Shown in pieces: positions 42,601 to 54,100 of a stretch of DNA of 64,000 bases. The notes under the pieces are model-generated. The model searched no databases. It had not been told where the DNA came from and was given only the letters and a program-made list of their open reading frames with translations. Source of the stretch: Scyliorhinus canicula (Eukaryota); the NCBI RefSeq assembly GCF_902713615.1, contig NC_052146.1, positions 310,326,335-310,390,334 on the forward strand, read 5' to 3'. The position numbers were made by a program, and so were the translations under genes. How positions within the stretch are numbered: the stretch's first letter is position 1; each line of letters starts with the position of its first letter.

Positions 42601-45115
42601 TGGAAGGAAGGTCATTGATGATGTAGCTGGAGATGGTTGGGCCGAGGACACTACCCTGAGGAATTCCTACAGTGATGTCCTGGGACTGAGATGATTGACC
42701 CCCAACAACCACAACCATCTTCCTTTGTGCCGGGTATGAGCCCAACCAATGGAGAAGGAGAGTAACAGCTTTTGACACCAAGAGAACATTTGACTGAGTT
42801 TGGCCTCAATGAACCCGAACAAAACTGGAATCAATCAGGAAGAAAGGGTAAGGTGAAAAGCCTGTGATAGATTCACGATACATGGGCTGTGGAAAGAGAT
42901 TAACTGGCTGTGTGGAGTCAGAGTTGGAGGAGAGTATACACAGGCTTTGGAAGGATGGATAGATTCCATGATAGATTTAAACCATTGTTGATTGTCCGAG
43001 CAGCCTCGCACACACCCATTCCCACCGTCACATCTTCCAATGTCAGATGGAAAGTGCATGTTTCAGCATGTTTGTGAAAGTGAACTCTCGGAAAGTGATG
43101 GTTTGGGATGGGGTCCCTGGTCATGCAGTCAGATCCTGCACAGACCAATTGGCAGATGTGTTCATAAACATCTTTAACCTCTCCCTACTCTTTTCCTGCT
43201 TCAAGAAGACCACCATCATATCGGTGGCAAAGAAGAACTAAGTAACGTGCCTCAACAACAAGCGAACCCGCATCTCATCCACTGACTCTGTCTACACCTC
43301 CTGCTGCCTTGGGAAAGCGGGCAGCATAATCAAAGACCCCTCCCATCCGGCATATTCACTTTTCCAACTTCTTCCATCGGGTAGGAGATGCAAAGTCTGA
43401 GAACACGAACTAACAGATTCAAAAACAGCTTCTTCCCGCTGTTACCAGACACCCAAATGACCCTCTTATGGACTGATCTGACCTCATCCCACATCTTCTC
43501 TACTGAGTAGTACTGCACTCCTGTATGCTTCACCCGATGCCTGAGTCTATGTATTTACATTGCGTATTTATACAAAGAACAAGAAATTACAGCACAGGAA
43601 CAGGCCCTTCAGCCCTCCAAGCCTGTACCGACCATGCTGCCCGTGTGAACTAAATCCCCCCCACCGCTCCGGGGACCATATCCCTCTTTTCCAATCTAAT
43701 TCATGCATTTGTCAAGACGCCTCTTAAAAGTCACCATTGTATCTGCTTCCACTACCTCCCCCAGGAGCGAGTTTCAGGCTCCCACCACCCTCTGTGTAAA
43801 AACCCTGACTAATACATCTCCTTTAAACCTTGCCCCTCGCACCTTAAACCTATGCCCCCTAATTATTGACTCTTCCACACTGGGAAAAAGCTTCTGACTA
43901 TCCACTCTGTCCATGCCCCTCATAATCTTGTAGTATTCAATCAGCTCGCCCCACAACCTCCGTCATTCCAGTGGGAACAAACCATGTTTAATCAACCTCT
44001 CCTCATAGCTAATGCCCTCCATACCCAGTAACATCCTGGTAAATTTTTTCTGTGCCCTCTCCAAAGCCTCCACATCCTTATGGAGGTGTGGTGATCAGAA
44101 TTAAACACTATATTCGAAGTTCAGCCTACCTAAGGTTCTGTGAAGCTGCAACACGGCTTGCCAATTTTAAACTCAATTCTCCGACCAATGCCTTCTTGAC
44201 TACCTTCTCCACCTGCGTTGCCACTTTCAGTGGCCTGTATACCTGTACACACCTCAGCCTGCCAATACTCTTAAGGGTTCTGCCATTTACTGTATATTTC
44301 CCATCTGTATTCGTTCTTCCAAAATGCATTCCCTCACATTTGTCTGGATTAAACTCCATCTGCCATCTCTCCACCCAAGTCTCCAACCGATCTATATCCT
44401 GCTGTATCCTCTGACGATCCTCATCGCTGTCCGCAATTCCACCAATCTTTGTGCCGTCTGCAAACTTACTAATCAAACCAGTTACATTTTCCTCCAAATC
44501 ATTTATATATATTACAAACATATGTATGCCCTTTGTTTCTCATGTACGGAATGATATGTCTGGACTTTGAGGAGAACAATACTTTTCACTGCACCTCGGT
44601 ACACGTGACAATAAACAAATCCAATCCAATCCAATCCAGTCCAAGATTGGGTCCAGTTTCGCAAAGGAATATAATAGAGGGGTGATCCACAATGAAGTCA
44701 ACAGGAAATGAATGTCCTCATAAGAACATAAGAACATAAGAACTAGGAGCAGGAGTAGGCCATCTAGCCCCTCGAGCCTGCTCCGCCATTCAATGAGATC
44801 ATGGCTGATCTTTTGTGGACTCAGCTCCACTTTCCGGCCCGAACACCATAACCCTTAATCCCTTTATTCTTCAAAAAACTATCTATCTTTACCTTAAAAA
44901 CATTTAATGAAGGAGCCTCAACTGCTTCACTGGGCAAGGAATTCCATAGATTCACAACCCTTTGGGTGAAGAAGTTCCTCCGAAACTCAGTCCTAAATCT
45001 ACGTCCGCTTATTTTGAGGCTATGCCCCCTAGTTCTGCTTTCACCCGCCAGTGGAAACAACCTGCCCGCATCTATCCTATCTATTCCCTTCATAAATGTA
45101 TATGTTTCTATAAGA

Positions 45116-45147
<32 letters not shown>

Positions 45148-48100
45148 CCCCCTGCATCCTTCTAAATTCCAACGAGTACAGTCCCAGTCTACTCAACTTC
45201 TCCTCATAATCCAACCCCTTCAGTTCTGGGATTAACCTAGTGAATCTCCTCTGCACACCCTCCAGCGCCAGTACGTCCTTTCTCAAGTAAGGAGACTATG
45301 TTGTTCAGTGTTTTTATTTCTCTGCTTATCAATGGTAATTTTTTTCAATCCCATTTCCTAACTGAGAATGATGACCTAACTTTAATTATTTTTTGAAATA
45401 TTTAATCTCAATCAACAGTTAATTTCTAATGTGAGGGAAGATAATAGAAATATTCCCTAATTGCTGAACTCTGAATGGAAATGTCAGGGTGCAGAACATT
45501 AGAAAATTATCTCATGCTTCAATCTAAGATATTATGTCAATGCTGCTGCTGTATTATTGTATCCTTTACTGATATAATCTATGCTGTACGATCTTTCCAC
45601 TGAAACATTCAGGACAATTTGAAGATTGCAGATTGGTTCACAGACTTCGGGGCTGGTTTAGCACAGTGGGCTAAACAGCTGGCTTCTAATGCAGAATAAG
45701 GCAGAAGCACGGGTTCAGTTCCTATACCGGCCTCCCTTAACAGGCACTGGAATGTGGCGATAGGGGCTTTTCAAAGTAACTTCATTGAAGGCTACTTGTG
45801 ACAATAAGCGATTATTATTATTATATTGTCGGCATATTTTTCTAGATGCGAATGCTCCAGTCCTTATCCAATCTCCGAGTCTGGAACGTGTCACAGAGGG
45901 TCAGACTGCACGGTTACAGTGCACCATGCAGAACGCCGCAGTGACACACACCGATGTCCACTGGAACCGGGAGCTGCCAGGGAAAGATATGGAGAGGGTT
46001 TTAACACATGATATAAAGAACAACATACAATGGAGTCCAGGTTTCACTGAGCGTTTCCATCCTTCCCGAGACACGGCCAATAAAACCTTCATCCTGACAA
46101 TCAGCAACGTGCAGCCCAATGACACTGCCGTCTATTACTGCTCCGTGTGGGGAGATATCAGTGGGAATGGATCACAGCTGAATGTAACCAGTAAGTACAG
46201 TTTCCATGATTCTAACTGATCTCAAATAGTGTGTTGGTGGACAGGCTGGGATTCGGGAAATAGGTTTGTGTGTTTGGATTGTGTATTGATGACTTCAAGA
46301 ATCTCAAACAAATTGAACCATCTCCTTTTCACCAGCTTTTCAGGGCTTCAGACTGATGATGAAACCAATATTTGTAAATGTTGTCCCCTCCTCATTGGAC
46401 AGACAATTGTGACAGGGTGACAGATATACCAACTATCTCCATTCATTCCCACCATTCCCCATCACTCCTCCTTTGAATTCCCTCTCGCACTCTGCCCTCT
46501 GCCCTCTGCCCTCTGACCTCAGCCTCACACATTGTTTCAATGACAACGTGAGGAAAAGCATCTCAACGTTTGCTTCAGAATGTTCTAGCTTTCCAAACAC
46601 ATGCTGAACTCAGTGATTTCAGATCAACTTCACTGCACCCATTTCCTCCGATGGTCAGTGCTGGGAATGGGTCTGTTGTCCATTCACATGACACAGTGTG
46701 GGGGCTGTTGTACAACAGGCCCCTGACTCTGAACAATAGACAACCTGTTGCTCGTTTTACTGGAGTGTATTAACACGCCTCCGTTTAAAGGCCATGTGCT
46801 TAACATTACAATGGCTCTGTGTATGTAATTATGCTCAGGAGTCGCCAGGTGCCGTATTTAGACACCGTCACGAGTATATCAAGGTCAGGTTCAAAGTAAT
46901 AAATCTGTACACCGATTAGTAAGTTCAAACGATTGGTGTTTATTATAACAAATATAATAAATACACATGCATACGCGAAAGAGACTAACTTACTTCTAAT
47001 ACTAAACAACTAAATACTTATCTAGACAGGAACAGGCAAGGTCAGGGAGCAAGGCCTTCATCCCGTTCTTGGTCTGCAACTCTCTGAGTCTTAAAGTTGT
47101 CAGGATCTAGCAAGGTCTGGATCACGTAGCGATCGTTGTATTGGCACTTACAGTTCGATGGCTGATGGCTCAACAGCTGGTGATGGAACTGGAGTCAGGA
47201 TGCGATGTAGCAGCAAAGCAGAGCAGAGCCGGAGCAACAAAACAGACCGAACCATGTGCGGGGTCTACTCTTATAGTTCCTAGAAGTCCATGCCCCCTTG
47301 GGGCGGTCCTTTTACCTGCCAGGTATCGATTGGGCCTTTCCCAATCGATATCTTCCAAACCCCCCAATCTGAGGGTCGTTCCTCGATGGGTGGGGCGGTC
47401 CCTACGGCTCTTTGTGTTGGTTGCTGTGGCGCCATTCTGTCTGGGCGTCTACTCAAAAGTATCCATTAATACTTAAATGTTTCTATTGTGCGGGGTCTGG
47501 ATCTGGATCACCTCATTACTATGCAGCTCTGTTTCCATTTGCACCTTTGGCTGAAACTCTGCACCTGGCCAAAAACTGGTTTCTGTACGTGCAGAATGCA
47601 AATTAGTCTTCTGCAAACTCCTTGTCCTCACTAAGACTGTTTTTCCCTGCAGCCTTAGCAGTTCTCCATTTTGTAGCCCTGTGTCCATCCTAGATGGCTA
47701 CAACCCCCCACTGGCCCTGACAGAGAGGTTAATGGACCCTCTACCCTGCCAGCCCTGCTACCCACACATTTAACCTCTCACCGTTCATAAACCACCTTTC
47801 TTGACATGCACTTATTTACTTTTATTCTGCTTGAGAAAGGTTCTGCAAAATGAAGCTCATTAATCTCTAAATATATTCCAGCAGTACCATACAATATCCG
47901 TGTGGATTTGTCTTTTTGTGTGTGTTCAAACCTCGGCCAATTTCTGATTCCTGGTATCACGTTAATGATTGTGGTTCAATCAGATCATCAGACTTTTCAG
48001 GAACAGCTGTTGTGGTCAACAAGCTTCCCATTGGGAAAGAGTTACTCAGACTGGAAACGTTAGCTCCTTTCTCTCTCCACAGATGCTGCCAGACCTGCTG

Positions 48101-51100
48101 AGATTGTCCAGTATTTCCTGTTTTTGTGTCAGATTCCAGCATCTGCAGTAATTTGCTTTCATTTTAACTTTCCCGTTGGATCCATTCACTTCCCGAGTTA
48201 CCAAGAAACATTTCTCTCTGCTTAAATACATCTCCTGTTCCACAGAATCTATTCCATGGGCGGAATTCTCCGGAATTTTCCAACACTGAAATCGAGAATG
48301 GCGACTGGGCGGAGAATGGTTCCCGCCGACAGAATTGGGACAGGCGCCGGTTTGACGCTGGCTCCCGAATCATCGGGACGCATGGGCGCACAGTCACAAC
48401 GCCATCGCTGTGTCATCAGCCGGCCCACTGGCGATGCTCCGCCTCCGATGGGCCGAGTTCCCGACGGAGTGGGCCGCGTGTGGTCCCAGCGATCAGGAAC
48501 CTGGCGTGCTGGCTGCGGACAGCCTCTCAGCATTGTCCTTGTTAAACCCCTTAAGAATAAGATTCACTGAGATCACCTTTCATTCTTCCAACTTCCTACA
48601 AGTAGCATCACAACAACCAGATTAACCTTTGCTGCAAAGACAATCCCTCCAACTCGTGTCAACCTTCCCTGAGCCGCCTCCAATGGAATAATGTCTTCAC
48701 TTAAATAAGGGACCAAAACTGTTCCCAACTCTCCAGATGTGGTCTCACCAGCACCTTAGACAGTTGCAGCAAAGCTTCCTGACTCTTATACTCCAACCCC
48801 AGTGAAATCACCGGCAACATTCCATTACCCTTCCTGATTACCTGCTGCCCCTGTCTGCTAGCTTTTAGTGTTTCGTGCACAAGTCCTCCAATGTCCCTTC
48901 GTGTTGCAGCTTTCTGCAGCATCTTACATTTAAATAATACATAAGAACATAAGAACTAGGAGCAGGAGTAGGCCACCTGGCCCCTCGAGCCTGCTCCGCC
49001 ATTCAATGAGATCATGGCTGATCATTTGTGGACTCAGCTCCACTTTCCGGCTCGAACACCATAACCCTTAATCCCTTTATTCTTCAAAAAACTATCTATC
49101 TTTACCTTAAAGACATTTAATGAAGGAGCCTCAACTGCTTCACTGGGCAAAGAATTCCATAGATTCACAACCCTTTGGGTGAAGAAGTTCCTCCGAAACT
49201 CAGTCCTAAATCTACGTCCCCTTATTTTGAGGCTATGCCCCCTAGTTCTGCTTTCACCCGCCAGTGGAAACAACCTGCCCGCATCTATCCTATCTATTCC
49301 CTTCATAAATTTATATGTTTCTATAAGATCCCCCCCCCGCATCCTTCTAAATTCCAACGAGTACAGTCCCAGTCTACTCAACCTCTCCTCATAATCCAAC
49401 CCCTTCAGCTCTGGAATTAACCTAGTGAATCTCCTCTGCACACACTCCAGTGCCAGTACGTCCTTTCTCAAGTAAGGAGACCAAAACTGAACACAAAAGT
49501 CCAGGTGTGGCCTCACTAACACCTTATACAATTGCAGCATAACCTCCCTAGTCTTAAACTCCATCCCTCTAGCAATGAAGGACAACATTCCATTTGCCTT
49601 CTTAATCACCTTGCACCTGTAAACCAACTTTCTGTGACTCATGCACTAACACACCCAGGTCTCTCTGCACAGCAACATGCTTTAATATTTTATCATTTAA
49701 ATAATAATCCCGTTTGCTGTTATTCCTACCAAAATGGATAACCTCACATTTGTCAACATTGTATTCCATCTGCCAGACCCTAGCCCATTCCTCTGCAGAT
49801 TTCCAGTATCCTCTGCACTTTTCGCTTTACCACTTATCTTAGTGTCATCTGCAAACTTGGACACATTGCCCTTGGTCCCCAACTCCAAATCATCGATGTA
49901 AATTGTGAACAATTGTGCGCCCAACACTGATCCCTGAGGGACACCACTTGCTACTGATTGCCAACCAGAGAAACACCCATTAATCCCCACTCTTTGCTTT
50001 CTATTAATTAACCAATCCTCTATCCATGCTACTACTTTATCCTTAATGCCATGCATCTTTATCTCATACAGCAACCTTTTGTGTGGCACCTTGTCAAAGG
50101 CTTTCATGAAATCCAGATATACCACATCCATTGGCTCCCCGTTATCTACTGCACTGGTAATGTCCTCAAAAAATTCCACTAAGTTAGTTAGGCACGACCT
50201 GCTCTTTATGAACCCATGCTGCGTCTGCCCAATGGGACAATTTCTATCCAGATGCCTCGCTATTTCTTCCTTGATGATAGATTCCAGCATCTTCCCTACT
50301 ACTGAAGTTAAGATAACTGGCCTATAATTACCCGCTCTCTGCCTACCTCCTTTTTTAAACAGTGGTGTCACGTTTGCTAATTTCCAATCCACCGGGACCA
50401 CCCCAGAGTCCAGTAAATTTTGGTAAATTATCAGTAGTGCATTTGCAATTTTCCTAGCCATCTCTTTTAGCTCTGGGATGCATTCCATCAGGGCCAGGAG
50501 ACTTGTCTACCTTTAGCCCCATTAGCTTGCCCATCACTCCCTCCTTAGTGATAACAATCCTCTCAAGGTCCTCACCTGTCATAGCCTCATTTCTATCAGT
50601 CACTGGTATGTTATTTGTGTCTCCCACTGTGAAGACCGACCCAAAAAACCTGTTCAGTTCCTCAGCCATTTCCTCATCTCCCATTATTAAAACTCCCTTC
50701 TCATCCTCTAAAGGACCAATATTTACCTTAGCCACTCTTTTTTGTTTTATATATTTGTAGAAACTTTTACTGTCTGCTTTTTTATTTTTTCTTTCTCTTT
50801 CTCCCTTCCAAAATGAACAACTCTACATTTTCCCACATTGTACTCCATTTGCCAACCTTTTTCCCACTGAATTAACCGATCGATATCTCTTTGCAAACTG
50901 TGTCTCTCCCACAACTTGCCTTTCCACCTATTTTTGTGTCATCTGCAAATTGTGCGACAGTACATTCACTTCCTTCCTCTAAGTCACTGCTATATATTGT
51001 AAACAGTGTCGGTCCCAGCACTGATCCCTGTGGGACCCACTGGTTACAGGTCACCAACCTGAAAAAGATCCCCTTATCCCCACTCCCTGTTTCCTGCCCA

Positions 51101-54100
51101 TTAGCCAATTCTCTCTCCATGTCTATATCCCACCTCCAACACCATGGCCTCTTATCTTATAACTTAACCTTTTGTGAGGTATCTTGTCAAACACATTCTG
51201 GAATTTCGAATATAAAACATCCACTGATTCCATTCTCTCCACTCTGATTGGGACTTCCTCAAAAACTCTAATAAATGAGTCAGCCCCGATTTCCCTTTCC
51301 TGAAGCCTCGCTGATTCTGCTCCATTAGATTAGGATTTTACAAATGTGCTGCTATTACTTCCTTAATCATTGATTCCAACATTTCTCCACCAATCACCGT
51401 CAGGCTAATTGGCCGATAGTTCCCGCTTTGTGCTTCCCGCCCTTTTTGAATCGAGGTGTCACATTGGCAGATTCCCAATCCTCTGATATTTCTCCAGAAT
51501 GGAAACATTTTTGGAAAGTTACAGCCGATGTATCCGCGATCTCTGTGGCAACTTCTTTCCGAATCCGAGGATGAAGCCATTAGGGTGAGGGGCATTTATC
51601 TGTCTCTGGCCCCATTAGGGTGAGGGGCATTTATCTGTCTCTGGCCCCATTAGGGTGAGGGGCATTTATCTGTCTCTGGCCCCATTAGGGTGAGGGGCAT
51701 TTATCTGTCTCTGGCCCCATTAGGGTGAGGGGCATTTATCTGTCACTGGCCCCATTAGGGTGAGGGGCATTTATCTGTCTCTGGCCCCATTAGTTTGTCT
51801 AATACTATAGTATCTTCGAAAGGTCAAACATCCCTGGAAATAAAGTTCCCAGTGTTGATCTCCTTGTAACCATGTCTCCGGAATGACTATGAGATCATAA
51901 CCATTTACCTTGATTTGCTCCATCAGTTTGTCTACCTTATTCCCAATGCTTCGTCCATTAAAATACCCAGGTGTAACCCGTCCAGTTTTTCCAGGTCCCA
52001 CTTCCCCCAGAACCGGTCCCAATGCCCCAGGAATCTGAAACCCTCCCTCTCACCCCATCCCTTCATCTCCGTATTTATCCGCTCCATCCTGCTATTTCTA
52101 CTCTGACCACCAGGTGGCACTGGGAGTAATCCTGAGATCACTATCTTTGAGGTCCGAGTTCTCATCTTCCTTCCTAACTCCCTGTATTCTGTTCTCAGGA
52201 TCTTATCCCTTTTTTTTACCGATGTCTGTGGTACCGATGTGACCACGACTACCGGCTGTTCACCCTCCCCCTCCGGAATGTCCTGTACCCGCTCCAAGAC
52301 ATCCTTAACCCAAGCACCAGGGAGGCAACATACCATCCTGGAGTCTCGTTTGCGGCCACAGAAACAGCTGTCTAGTCCCCTTACAATTAAATCCCCGATA
52401 ACAATTGCACTGACACACTTGTTACCTCTCCCCTCTACAGCAGAACTAACCGTGGAGCCATGGGTTAGGCTGCTGCTGCTTTCCCCTGAGAGGCCATTCC
52501 CCTCAACAGTATCCAAAGTGGGATGTCTGTTTTGCAGGGGAATGGTCACAGGAAATTCCTGCACTTCCTGCCTCGCTCTCTTGCTCTGTCTGCTGGTCAC
52601 CCATTCCCTTCCTGCCTGTGGAGTCTGAGCCTGCGGTGTGACCACCTCTCTATACGTGCTATCCATGACACTCTCTGCCTAGCGGATAATCCACAGTGTT
52701 GCCAGCTGCTGCTCCAGCTCAGAAACCCGGGCTTCCAGGAGCTGCAGCTGGAGACACTTTCCATGTACGTGCTGGCCCCGGGCACTGGAAATGTTCCCAG
52801 CTTCCCACATGGAGCATGAGGAGCAAAGCACAGCTTTGAGCTCTCGTGCCTTTAAATTAAACATTGGGAAGATGCTTATATCAGATAATATCAATTATTC
52901 TGGAGCCCTTCTTTCCTGGTCCTCGTTACTATGGAATGGAGCCCTTACAAACTACAGACCACAAAATAGTACCGGACAAGCTATAGGTGATGAAAGTAGT
53001 TAATACTTAGCCAGCTCTCCCCCCTACTAACCAATCAGCTCCCTCCCTTGTAACCTTTACTCCTGCATTGTGGCAAGTCCACTCTCTGAAGAGTGAAAAA
53101 GTTGGAAAGCCAAAGACGACTCCTTGGCCCTCTGCACCGAATTTCCATCTGCACTGAATTCCCGATAACTCCATTCACTCGGGCTGTGTCTGACTCAGGA
53201 GGTGTTAGCTGCAGCTCAAGCACAAAGCTCAGTGATATGCTGGCCCTGTTCAGACTGTGGTCAATGGTAACCCCCAGAATGTTGATAGTGGGGGGATTGA
53301 GTGAAGTTAATGTCAGGGATGGGCTGGTTACAAATATCCAGGAAAAGCCCAGTGACTCCCACAGCCGACCCCACTACAATTCCTGACATTGTTCCCAGCA
53401 GTGATGGGAAAAGGCCCTGAAATGGGTATTGGTTTGATCCCCGCGCGGGCAGTCCCCCCCACCCCCCCACCCCCCGTTACCTCTCGGCCTCCCTCAATCA
53501 TGCAGCTACCCTTGTTTCTGAAGGACAGGAACTCAAATCTTCTTCTTCATTTTACTGATGTTAAACTTCACAAAAACTCTTGATATTTTCCAGAACATCC
53601 TGAAAACCAGTTGCCGCCTCTCACGGGTATTATAACCGGCACCCTGGCATTCGCCCTCTTGCTCGGCATATTTATCATCACAATACTGTGCGTGAAAAAA
53701 TGGGCATGTTTGCAAAGCAGGTTAAAGCCAGAAAGGTAAATGGAATAGAATTTGCTGTCTGTTGTGATGATCATGTCGCATTGAGGTGATGTGGAGGGAT
53801 GGAATCAGCCAATGGGTAAGGGTGAGGAAGCTTTGATTGAAATGATTCTCCCTCCCTGCACAGATACAGAGAGAAGCATAAAGAGTGGGCTGGAGTTTAC
53901 GGAGGGAGGGGGGAGGGAGGTGGTGTGGGGTTTTCCCCCCACAGCCCTTTTGTAAGAGTTGGTGGATGGGACGCACTGAGAAATCAGATGGACGCAGATA
54001 GACAGTTTCCACTGGCAGGGACACCAAAGACACGCGGCCCTGATCACAACGTAAACCCCAGCCTGAGATTGGGGAAACAGCTATCGCAGCAGAACACCTC

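Noticed and set aside
20261-46190. Rearranging Ig light-chain or TCR locus
   Set aside because: V and J are already fused, and I see no RSS, no separate J segments and no C1 exon. The V exons splice in phase to each other and to a TM exon.
53594-53720. Alternative TM-exon donor at 53721 (AG|GTTAAA)
   Set aside because: Same phase but a weaker match to the donor consensus than AG|GTAAAT at 53736; cannot be resolved without transcripts.
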